The notes beneath the pieces are model-generated. The model searched no databases, was not told the DNA's origin, and was given only the letters and a program-made list of their open reading frames with translations. DNA of 48,730 nucleotides from a virus. Lineage: Duplodnaviria > Heunggongvirae > Uroviricota > Caudoviricetes. This document shows, in pieces, positions 35,366-43,730 of the stretch (its first letter is position 1; every line of letters begins with the position of its first letter). The translations under genes and the position numbers were made by a program. The stretch lies in IMG/VR virus record IMGVR_UViG_3300012346_000137, positions 1-48,730 of that record. The stretch is one strand, 5' to 3'.

Positions 35366-36595
35366 TTAAACGTTACCCATTTGTAATGATCCTTCTGTTC
35401 CTGCAAATGGATTGCTTGCAGAGTATGTTGCTCCAGAGTTTGTAGCATTATGATTATTACCACTGTTATCAGTTATCTGTGCATTTAAGTCTGTTCCTTG
35501 GAAGATTAATAACTTAGTTCCCATAAGATTAGGTAAAGTAGAAGTTGGTACTGTGAATCCAGCAGTGTCATAAACTTGAGTGGTAGTCCATCTGAAGTTA
35601 GTAATCAATCCATTGAATCCTGAACTAGGCTCATTACCATATCCAATTGTCAATGGTAAACCTTGGCTAGAGATAGATCCACTATAAGGAGCACTATTTA
35701 CTACATTACCATTTACAAACATATAAGCTGTAGATCCTACTCCCATTACACAGATATGAGTCCATTGTCCTGGAGTGAATGTAACTCCTGTAGCTAATAA
35801 AGGTGAATTGTTTGCCCAGAAATATAATGAGCTTCCACTACCTTCAATAGAGATAGCATTAGGAGCAGGGTATGCACCAAAGCTATATGGACGAGGGAAA
35901 CCACTAAAGTTAGTTACATTAACAAACATCTCAATAGTGAAGTCTCCTACAATATCAAAGTCTGTACTAGCAGCAATGCCTACATAACCTGGAGGAGCTT
36001 GATTTACAAGAACTGTCCATCCTTTACTTTGTAAATTTGCTCTAGCTGCAGAACTGTTTTCTGTAGGAACAGCATTTGTACCACCAGATAAATCTACATA
36101 TCCATTCTCTACAGCACTACCAGCTAACCATTGTAATGTATAATCTACAGCTGTTTCTGTAAGAGCATTGCCACTAAGAGAAACGTCATTAAGAGATGCT
36201 TCAGGTAATGTGATTGATGTAATAGCATTACTAGAAAAATCAAAACCTGTAAGATTATTAAATGACGAGTCTGATATATCTATAGCTCCTGTTATACCAC
36301 ATTGATCCATATCTATCCATTGTAAACTAGTAAGTCCTGCAAGGCTAGGAATACCAGCTGAGAAATCACTATCATCAAGACGTAATTGCTCAAGAGCTGT
36401 ACATCCTGTTAAATTAATAGACGTTAAAGATGGATCACCACTACCATCAATTAGTTCAGTATCACTTACGTCTACATTTGTTAATTGTGTAAGTCCAGAT
36501 AGATTTACTGTCTGTAAAGAGTTCCAGTCTGCATTAAATGTTTGCAGATTAGTTAGGTTTTGTAAACCTGTTATTGATGTTATTACTGTTGCCAT
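35366..36595 (-). CDS. LRR plus LamG/ConA-like lectin domain protein
   Basis: LTNLQTF/LTQLTNV/LEQLRL LRRs, C-cap as in 34074 gene, DFTIEMFV..WTHI..FVNG..FNGLITNFR. Confidence 0.7.
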   Translation of the reverse strand: MATVITSITGLQNLTNLQTFNADWNSLQTVNLSGLTQLTNVDVSDTELIDGSGDPSLTSINLTGCTALEQLRLDDSDFSAGIPSLAGLTSLQWIDMDQCGITGAIDISDSSFNNLTGFDFSSNAITSITLPEASLNDVSLSGNALTETAVDYTLQWLAGSAVENGYVDLSGGTNAVPTENSSAARANLQSKGWTVLVNQAPPGYVGIAASTDFDIVGDFTIEMFVNVTNFSGFPRPYSFGAYPAPNAISIEGSGSSLYFWANNSPLLATGVTFTPGQWTHICVMGVGSTAYMFVNGNVVNSAPYSGSISSQGLPLTIGYGNEPSSGFNGLITNFRWTTTQVYDTAGFTVPTSTLPNLMGTKLLIFQGTDLNAQITDNSGNNHNATNSGATYSASNPFAGTEGSLQMGNV

Positions 36596-36606
36596 GTTTG
36601 TTAAGA

Positions 36607-36978
36607 TTAATCAGTACCCCAAAAAGATAAATAAGTTACTTTAGTTGCATCACTGAAACATAATTGTACAGTGTGTGCAGTATTTTCAGCAGTGTAAAGA
36701 TGCTCTATGTCTACAGCAGCACCAGTAGTGATTGTACCATTACTTGTTGTACCATCACCCCATGTAGCAGTGTATGTTATATCTGCTGATGACTCAACAG
36801 TCATTCCAAAGTTAAGTCCACCTATTGTAGTGTTAGCTACAAAATCAATACAATTTGTATTTGCTGGTGCTTGACCAATGTTATATATAACCTTAGTTAA
36901 GGTTTCCAATTGTTTGGCTATCTGCCACAGAAGTTTTTCTTCTGTTCCCCAGCCTATTTGTCTAGATGGTATTGCCAT
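36607..36978 (-). CDS. MAIPSxQIGW module plus PKD-like domain
   Basis: YTATWGDGT...HLY is a PKD-like signature. Confidence 0.6.
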   Translation of the reverse strand: MAIPSRQIGWGTEEKLLWQIAKQLETLTKVIYNIGQAPANTNCIDFVANTTIGGLNFGMTVESSADITYTATWGDGTTSNGTITTGAAVDIEHLYTAENTAHTVQLCFSDATKVTYLSFWGTD

Positions 36979-37000
36979 TTTATTATTATTTTAATATGTA

Positions 37001-37897
37001 TTATCCTACATTAAATATAGAAAGGTTAACAGATGGAGATGCAGGTCTAGTTGGATTAGTTCCTTCAGCAGTTGGTAAAAGTCTCATACCAGTAGCTTGT
37101 GACCACCAATAAAACTTAAGATATTGTCCAGCAGTTAATGCAATTGTATCTGTTATTTTTGCAAGTGTCTGATCATTTTGTGCTCCAGTGGTAGTAAATG
37201 TAAATGCTGAATTAGGTACAATTACATCATCAACTGTATACCAAACAGTTACATTATAGTTTGATGCACCACCTGTAAATGCAAGTTGAAGAGCAATACT
37301 TAAAAAGTAAGTTCCTGCATTAGTAACATTAACTCTATTATCTGGTCCTAATGTAAAACCATTTGCAGCCTGTGTTGAACCAATCAACACCTGATTAGCT
37401 ACAGTTGCTCCACCATTAGTTTGTAATGTAGAATCAAAAAAAGTTGCAGAATAAAGATTGGTGGTAGGACCTGGAATACCTTGTATTCCTTGCACACCTT
37501 GAATTCCTTGTTCTCCTTGTGGTCCCTGAATACCTTGTGGTCCTGGAGGTCCTTGTAAATCACCTACATCTTCCCAATCATTTGTTGCTGTATTCCAAAC
37601 ATACAAAGAACCATCTGACTCGATGATCCATGCTGTACCAGCTGCACCAGGATCTCCACCAGCACCTGCATAGAATGCAGATAGGTCAGGATAAGATCCT
37701 AACACTGTAAGTGCAGCACCTGTTTCACCTTGAATTCCCTGAGGACCTTGTACACCCTGAGGTCCTTGAGGACCAACAGGACCTTGTGGTCCAACAACTG
37801 TTGAACTAAGAGATATAATTAAATCATCAAGATTTAACCATCCTTTGTAGCCTTTGGCTACTTTTTCCCAAAAACCTGTCTTAATAAATGTAGGCAT
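37001..37897 (-). CDS. Collagen-like fibre protein with C-terminal beta-sandwich (C1q/BclA-like)
   Basis: Two Gly-X-Y (GPQ/GIQ) tracts separated by a LYVWN..WEDVG module. Confidence 0.8.
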   Translation of the reverse strand: MPTFIKTGFWEKVAKGYKGWLNLDDLIISLSSTVVGPQGPVGPQGPQGVQGPQGIQGETGAALTVLGSYPDLSAFYAGAGGDPGAAGTAWIIESDGSLYVWNTATNDWEDVGDLQGPPGPQGIQGPQGEQGIQGVQGIQGIPGPTTNLYSATFFDSTLQTNGGATVANQVLIGSTQAANGFTLGPDNRVNVTNAGTYFLSIALQLAFTGGASNYNVTVWYTVDDVIVPNSAFTFTTTGAQNDQTLAKITDTIALTAGQYLKFYWWSQATGMRLLPTAEGTNPTRPASPSVNLSIFNVG

Positions 37898-37902
37898 AAT
37901 AA

Positions 37903-37932
37903 CAAAGATATGTTGTTTTTTAGTATATACAA
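37903..37932 (-). promoter_or_regulatory. Bacteroidota-type promoter, near-leaderless transcript
   Basis: TTG-N19-TATCTTTG; -7 box ends 5 nt before ATG37897. Confidence 0.65.
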
Positions 37933-37989
37933 TGACTTACTAAAAATTTAGTATAACTAAAATGATTAGAGATTGTATAACTGAATTGA

Positions 37990-39174
37990 TTATAAATTAA
38001 CCTTACTACCAACCACTGCAAAGAACAGCATTGGAATAGAAGGATCTGTGCTTACACTAGTCTTTAGACCAGTGTTGAACTTAAACCTTTTTGTAATTGA
38101 ATAGTCCATACTGAAGCCTGTAAGGAACATCATATCTTCACTTATTGTAAAGGTGTTATCCTTTATTCCATAAGTTACAGGGCTCCCAGAGATATATAGG
38201 TCAGGAGATATGGTCAAGCGTTTATTGATTTGAAATGGTTTAGTGTAAAACACTAATAAAGAATGACTTGTAGTGAACTGCTCAGGTGTTTTTTGAATAC
38301 TCACTGTAGCATTGATACCAGTCACACCCCACTTTCCTAGAGGATATATCTGTGCGTATGTAAGAAAACCAAATGTGTTACCAAATGCATGTACTAATGT
38401 AGCACCACTGTTATCTATTCTTGATAACTTACCATCATCAAAGTTCATTTTAGTGTAGCGTCCACTAAGAGCAAACTGTTGTAAGTTACTCCATACCATT
38501 CCTGTCACTCCCCAACTCACATCTCCAGCCATGGATGTTTGAGATATACCACTAGTTACAATTAAGTTAACTGAGTTATCTAATGTTTGTCCTGCTGTAA
38601 GATCAGAGTTGAATAGTATGGGATTCATCTTAGCTTGTGATTTACCACCCCCCTTACTGCTAGACTTTCCTCCAGATTTAGACGAACTCGAGGAACTTTT
38701 AGACGAACTTCCTCCAGAACTACTTGATTCTGAACTACTTGTAGTTTCACTGCTAGACGAAGTACTAGACGAACTAGCAGCACTAGATGCTGCAGCACTT
38801 GCAGCTGAGCTAGCAGCAGAGGAAGCTGCTCCACTAACAGCAGAACTTACAGCTCCACTTACAGCTGATGAGACAGCAGATGCTGTAACAATTGTAGAAG
38901 TTTGTGTTGCTTGAGCCACTGCACACGCAGAAAACTTTTTGTACTCTTCGTAAACTTGATTAATCCAGGCTTGAAAAGCCCCACTATAAACATCGTTAGC
39001 TGTAAAAGCTTTAGATTTATTATAAAAAACAACAATGGTAGAGCCAGAAAGAGGTATACTAAAAGTGCTAACAACTTTAGTGCAAGGGTCTGTAAAAGTT
39101 TGTATAAGAGTTTGAGAATACGCATATACTGGTAGTATTACTACTGTTATTAGAATTAAAATAAACTGTTTCAT
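37990..39174 (-). CDS. Exported protein with Ser/Ala linker and probable outer-membrane beta-barrel
   Basis: Signal peptide MKQFILILITVVILPVYAYSQ; long S/A/G tract; C-terminal half of alternating amphipathic strands. Confidence 0.6.
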   Translation of the reverse strand: MKQFILILITVVILPVYAYSQTLIQTFTDPCTKVVSTFSIPLSGSTIVVFYNKSKAFTANDVYSGAFQAWINQVYEEYKKFSACAVAQATQTSTIVTASAVSSAVSGAVSSAVSGAASSAASSAASAAASSAASSSSTSSSSETTSSSESSSSGGSSSKSSSSSSKSGGKSSSKGGGKSQAKMNPILFNSDLTAGQTLDNSVNLIVTSGISQTSMAGDVSWGVTGMVWSNLQQFALSGRYTKMNFDDGKLSRIDNSGATLVHAFGNTFGFLTYAQIYPLGKWGVTGINATVSIQKTPEQFTTSHSLLVFYTKPFQINKRLTISPDLYISGSPVTYGIKDNTFTISEDMMFLTGFSMDYSITKRFKFNTGLKTSVSTDPSIPMLFFAVVGSKVNL

Positions 39175-39890
39175 TATTTAGTGAAGATTCCTTTTTTAAT
39201 CATACGATCAAGGATTCTTGCACATGCTACATCTAACGCTTTCTTTGTTGCTATAGAGATGGTTGATTGATTAAATTTTACAGGGTCAAGACTAGCATCT
39301 GATAATCCTGAGGTCTCTTTAGTAGTTTTAGCTTCACCTAGTCCAGAGCCAGAGAATACAACTCCAGTCTCAGCATCAGTGAATCTCACCTGAAGACCAA
39401 TACGTGTAACCATTAACTGACTAGTAGCCAACTTAGCTGATACAGTTTCATCTTCTGATATACTGTAGTCATAGCATTCTATAGTTACAAAGTATTTAGC
39501 TAGTCTAATCTTTCCTCTTCCATCCAACTTATCTTCAGAGATTCCTGCTTGGCTGGCTTGAAACTGCTTAACCATTCTGTTTTTGATTTCTGTCTTATCT
39601 TCTGTAAACTTGAACCTGTTAAGGTTTTCAAGGTATTCCATTGAAATATTGGCAACACCAAGTCCCACTCTCTTTTCTTTAAGTTCTGGATACATTTCAT
39701 ACATTTCATCATTGATGCCACATTTAAGTATTTGAATAGGAATCTGAGGACCATCGTAATCTAGGAAGTCAGAAATGTCAATAGACTTCTCAAAGCTAGC
39801 TTTATACTGCTCTGTAGAAGTCTTTGCCAATTGTGCACTTGTTACATTTATATATAAAAAGGTAACAAGAAATATCAATAAATATTTCAT
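39174..39890 (-). CDS. CsgG/HfaB-like exported protein
   Basis: Signal peptide; LGVANISMEYLENLNRFKFTE, AKYFVTIECYDY, IGLQVRFTDAETG. Confidence 0.65.
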   Translation of the reverse strand: MKYLLIFLVTFLYINVTSAQLAKTSTEQYKASFEKSIDISDFLDYDGPQIPIQILKCGINDEMYEMYPELKEKRVGLGVANISMEYLENLNRFKFTEDKTEIKNRMVKQFQASQAGISEDKLDGRGKIRLAKYFVTIECYDYSISEDETVSAKLATSQLMVTRIGLQVRFTDAETGVVFSGSGLGEAKTTKETSGLSDASLDPVKFNQSTISIATKKALDVACARILDRMIKKGIFTK

Positions 39891-40516
39891 TAGTCTTTTA
39901 TTTTACCACATTTGATACATTCGTAATCGCCATCAGAATCTACATCAGCAAAGATGTGATCACATTGTCTATGTGCTCCTAACTCGTGTTCAAGTTTAAG
40001 TTTCTCCATAGCTTGCTCATGCTCTTGTTCATCAAGTTCTAAAGCTTGTCTATGTTCTTGCTCATCCTTTTTAAGTTCAAAGTTTTGTTTATTCTCTTCT
40101 TTAGCTAACTCTCTAGCTGCAGCAGCACCTGCTACAAATGCATCAGGGATGATTGGAGCTACAGGTTTGTTAGATTCTTTCATGTCGTTAGTATGAGACA
40201 AGGTAACACCATCTTCCTCATCCATCTTCTGTACTAACATCTTATCCTTGTCAGTATCACTGAACCAGTAGTCAATGATTTTACCATAAGAGCCAATGAA
40301 TGCACCAAGCATTAACATCAACAACTCTTTCCATTCTGCAGCAGCAGATATATTATTGTTAAGAGCTAAGAATATACCACCTATAATTAATAAGAATCCA
40401 CCCAATACTAATCCTGTGATGTACCATCTACGTAACATCATAGCATTTAATAACTCTTTGAACCCTGAAGGTTGTTCGTTTACTTTCTCAGTTGGTTTTG
40501 ATTTAAATAAGTCCAT
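39890..40516 (-). CDS. Two-TM membrane protein with C-terminal Cys/His metal ribbon
   Basis: Two hydrophobic helices; LGAFIGSYGKIIDYWFSD; CDH..DVDSDG..CIKC. Confidence 0.7.
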   Translation of the reverse strand: MDLFKSKPTEKVNEQPSGFKELLNAMMLRRWYITGLVLGGFLLIIGGIFLALNNNISAAAEWKELLMLMLGAFIGSYGKIIDYWFSDTDKDKMLVQKMDEEDGVTLSHTNDMKESNKPVAPIIPDAFVAGAAAARELAKEENKQNFELKKDEQEHRQALELDEQEHEQAMEKLKLEHELGAHRQCDHIFADVDSDGDYECIKCGKIKD

Positions 40517-40617
40517 ACGTTTGCGATTGTTTCTTGGTTTTGTTTTACTAGCTCAGCTTTTTTTATACCAGATCTTCTAGATCTCTGAGCAACAGGTTTT
40601 GCTTTTTTCTGTGCCAT
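40480..40617 (-). CDS. 45-aa basic protein (not in ORF track)
   Basis: MAQKKAKPVAQRSRRSGIKK...NQLRK; ATG 3 nt after upstream stop. Confidence 0.55.
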   Translation of the reverse strand: MAQKKAKPVAQRSRRSGIKKAELVKQNQETIANVWTYLNQNQLRK

Positions 40618-40620
40618 AGA

Positions 40621-40926
40621 TTACCACTTTGGTGCTTCTTCTTTAAATTCATCACCCTCTTTCTTCTTAGGAGCAGGTGCAGGTTTAGCTGCAACTTCTT
40701 TCTCCTTGATGATAACTGTCTTACCACCACCAGCTGCTTGAGACTGCTGATTAGAGTTTGTGATGTTAATTACTGGAGCAGCTGCTGGAGTTACTTCTTT
40801 CTCATCTCCACCACCTGTTAATTTGTTTGTTACAAAGCCACCTACAGCTAATGTAATTGTACTAACTAGACCTATGATAATGTTCTTAATAGAGGTGCCA
40901 GTTGATTCTTCTTTTTCTTCTGCCAT
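40621..40926 (-). CDS. Single-TM membrane protein
   Basis: IIIGLVSTITLAVGGFV helix plus low-complexity tail. Confidence 0.7.
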   Translation of the reverse strand: MAEEKEESTGTSIKNIIIGLVSTITLAVGGFVTNKLTGGGDEKEVTPAAAPVINITNSNQQSQAAGGGKTVIIKEKEVAAKPAPAPKKKEGDEFKEEAPKW

Positions 40927-40931
40927 GTTGA

Positions 40932-41303
40932 TTATTTTTTAATGGTTATTTGACGTTTATATTCTTTACCAGATATATCAATTAATACAACTGAGTAGTC
41001 TCCAGAATTAACATCTGAGTAGTCTAACTCTTTGATTACCAAGTCTTTATCAGCTGTAAATCCTGTAGCAGATTTAACATCTCCTTTAAGATCAATTAAC
41101 TGCAAAGAGTATTTGGCTCCAGTAGTAACTGATAAATTAGCAATCACCTTTCCTGTAGATATAGGAGGATTGATACTGTTGATCTGTGTCACCTTAGCTT
41201 GTACACCAAGTTCGATAGTTGGTGTAGATGCAACCTTTGTGCAAGCAAGGAGTAACAATATAGATAGGAGATACACTCCAAATAGTACTGATAGTTCTTT
41301 CAT
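40932..41303 (-). CDS. Lipoprotein made of a stand-alone T9SS C-terminal-domain-like fold
   Basis: Lipobox LLLAC; NPP, YSLQLIDLKG, SGDYSVVL, KRQITIKK. Confidence 0.55.
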   Translation of the reverse strand: MKELSVLFGVYLLSILLLLACTKVASTPTIELGVQAKVTQINSINPPISTGKVIANLSVTTGAKYSLQLIDLKGDVKSATGFTADKDLVIKELDYSDVNSGDYSVVLIDISGKEYKRQITIKK

Positions 41304-43000
41304 TAGAAATTATTATATCCTGTTAATTTAATTTGTGTAGTGTTCAACTTAATTCCCAATTGGTTACCAGACATGTCTGATGCATCCATATTAGAAGTCA
41401 CTTTGATATATGAGTTGATGTCTAATCCATTTTGTAATGTAGAGAATAACACTTTAAATGGTACACCTCCTGGGTATGGGATAGCTACATTCTTATCTAC
41501 AGCACCAAACTTAACTCTACCTGGTCCATGGGAAGCAAATACTAACCACATAGGAACTTCTGCTGTAACAGATTCAAACTTCACTTTAGTCTCATCGTAT
41601 ACAAACTCAAATTGTAATCCTGACATGCTAGCCCCTTTACCATCTACAGCCACTGGTACAGTGAACTCATTACCAGTTACAGTGATGTTATTAAGACTCA
41701 CTTCTATAGTTGTATTTGGTTTAGGTGTATTCACAGCTGATGAGTTTAAACTGAATGATTGTATTGTTCCATCAGGTTTAACCACTTGTGAGCTATGTGA
41801 TCTATTGATGTCTCCAGGGATTAAGTATTTAAGTCTTAAGTCTTGAGCCACTGTAGATGTTTTAAATCTAGCTCCATATAAGTTAGCTTGTTTCCATCCT
41901 GCTGGAGATAATGTATCATAATCATTTGCCAATAGCAAAGGGATATTATATAACGTTTGTCCAGCAATAGGCTTTACCACTGTATCTACAGCTATCACTT
42001 GAGCAAATAATGCTGTAACATCGTTACCATCAAACTGTTTGTTCATTATAATATCAGAAGCAACCCAGCTAATTCCAGACTTGAAGTTAGCATTAGTGAA
42101 TGTGCCATCTAAGTTTTGTTTAACAAACTCATTCTGAGCTGATGTATAATCACTTATACTTACAGCTTTATTTAAGTAAGAAGGTATGCTATCACTAGGA
42201 ATTGTAGCAAACACTTTATATACAGTGTTAGGAGTTAACTCAGATCCTAAGAAGAATGTACCATCAGGTCCAGGAGTAACTTGTGCTTTTACAACACTGG
42301 TTGCTGAGTCTACAAACATTAACTTAGGAACAATGCTTGATACATCCACTTGTCCATTAACTAATGCATTAGCACTAGGTATAGGAGTGATATAAGAGTT
42401 ACGAGGCTTAGGCATAAACACAGTGTTATATCCTGTGTATTGATTTCCATAAGATTGTGCAGCGTTAAAATACACTGAGTCATATGCAAATCCAGCATCA
42501 ATGTTCTCCACCTTAAATCTTAAATAAGCAAGATCGCCATCTACAAGATTTGCTGTAGAGGCTGTATTCACCCATATACGATTGATAGCTTTGATACCTC
42601 CTTGTGAATAGTTATACTGAGCATAGTTAAAGTTGGTAATACCATCTGTAGTTGTGTTGTATATATTCTTATTGAATGTATAGCCAGGATAGTATGCATT
42701 TTGAAACGTAGCTGATGCTCCTTGTGGAAGAGCTGAACCTTGGGCTCCAGCTGTAGGGAATACAATATCAATAAAATTGATAGCTGTAATCTGATGCTCG
42801 AAGTCTAAATAAAAAGATCTTGCTGAAGAATTGTTGTTCTTATAAGCAAGAGCTAATTGTACAGTGTCTCCTTTTTTAATAGCCCCACCACGAATGTTTA
42901 CGCTTTGTTCTGTAGGACGTAATACTAATTCAGGGATTTGAGCATAAGAAAATGTTACAATTATATTTAAAATTGTAACAAGAAATAATAGTTTCTTCAT
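41303..43000 (-). CDS. Exported cohesin/dockerin-like scaffold protein
   Basis: Signal peptide; cohesin-like termini (VPVAVD..MSGLQFEFVYDETKVKF); central dockerin-like AVSISD / ASDIIMNKQFDGND. Confidence 0.6.
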   Translation of the reverse strand: MKKLLFLVTILNIIVTFSYAQIPELVLRPTEQSVNIRGGAIKKGDTVQLALAYKNNNSSARSFYLDFEHQITAINFIDIVFPTAGAQGSALPQGASATFQNAYYPGYTFNKNIYNTTTDGITNFNYAQYNYSQGGIKAINRIWVNTASTANLVDGDLAYLRFKVENIDAGFAYDSVYFNAAQSYGNQYTGYNTVFMPKPRNSYITPIPSANALVNGQVDVSSIVPKLMFVDSATSVVKAQVTPGPDGTFFLGSELTPNTVYKVFATIPSDSIPSYLNKAVSISDYTSAQNEFVKQNLDGTFTNANFKSGISWVASDIIMNKQFDGNDVTALFAQVIAVDTVVKPIAGQTLYNIPLLLANDYDTLSPAGWKQANLYGARFKTSTVAQDLRLKYLIPGDINRSHSSQVVKPDGTIQSFSLNSSAVNTPKPNTTIEVSLNNITVTGNEFTVPVAVDGKGASMSGLQFEFVYDETKVKFESVTAEVPMWLVFASHGPGRVKFGAVDKNVAIPYPGGVPFKVLFSTLQNGLDINSYIKVTSNMDASDMSGNQLGIKLNTTQIKLTGYNNF

Positions 43001-43681
43001 TTATAGTAGTTTGTTTACCAGCGAGTTACACGCTTTCTTTAAAGCAATTGATAAGTTTTGTTGGTTAAACTTTCCACCTTCGTCTATTAGGAGTGTGGAA
43101 ACACTCGTTTCATCTGCAGATTCTTCAACAAGAGCTTTGCGAATGACTTTACCATCTTTAATAATCGTTCCATATAATCTGATTACAACTGATTCTTTAT
43201 TAGAATGCATCACAGAGAAGCTAGATTGAGTCTTCAATACATCTAAGTATACAACATCAATGTCCAGTCTAATGTCTGAAGCATGGTCAATGTCATATTC
43301 CTTGTCTTGTATCACTTCTTCTACGATGTTCTTGATACCAAACTCAAGGTTACGATTACCAACCAGTGGTCCCATCTTCACCTTGTTAGTAATATTACCT
43401 ATTGCTACAGATTTGTTTTGGTAACTGATGTTTCCAGGAATAGAAATAAAAGAACCATCAAGTGTATGAGATAATCTATTACTCACACGTCTAGGAACGT
43501 CACTACCTGTAGCAGACAATATTAACATTGTAGTTTGAAATGTCATAGCTAATACCACCCAGGTACAAGCTAGATATACTATCCCTAAGAATAATTTACT
43601 TTCCTTGCCCACGATATGGTTTTTTGTTTTTATCTTTTGGTCCTGATGTTTTAGTTGCTTTACCACCTTTGCGTTTTCCAA
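43001..43681 (-). CDS. TM-anchored TolB-N/CsgG/LptE-like fold protein (start uncertain)
   Basis: TM helix; VAIGNITNK, LEFGIKNIVEE, ALKKACNSLVNKL. Confidence 0.5.
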   Translation of the reverse strand: MENAKVVKQLKHQDQKIKTKNHIVGKESKLFLGIVYLACTWVVLAMTFQTTMLILSATGSDVPRRVSNRLSHTLDGSFISIPGNISYQNKSVAIGNITNKVKMGPLVGNRNLEFGIKNIVEEVIQDKEYDIDHASDIRLDIDVVYLDVLKTQSSFSVMHSNKESVVIRLYGTIIKDGKVIRKALVEESADETSVSTLLIDEGGKFNQQNLSIALKKACNSLVNKLL

Positions 43682-43724
43682 AAGTGATTTTCATTCTGTC
43701 AGAGCCACCTTTTGCTTTTGCCAT
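43596..43724 (-). CDS. 42-aa basic protein (not in ORF track)
   Basis: MAKAKGGSDRMKITFGKRKGGK...KKPYRGQGK; ATG 6 nt after endolysin stop. Confidence 0.6.
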   Translation of the reverse strand: MAKAKGGSDRMKITFGKRKGGKATKTSGPKDKNKKPYRGQGK

Positions 43725-43730
43725 GTTGGT

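Noticed and set aside
30636-37897. CRISPR array or DNA microsatellites in the repetitive tracts
   Set aside because: The repeats are poly-Thr and Gly-X-Y coding tracts with mixed synonymous codons; there is no repeat-spacer periodicity
38609-39135. Alternative-frame and antisense ORFs over the Ser/Ala linker
   Set aside because: Artefacts of low-complexity sequence within the 37990..39174 gene
39174-39890. Curli biogenesis auxiliary operon
   Set aside because: Only a CsgG-like fold is present; no CsgA/B amyloid repeats or CsgE/F recognised
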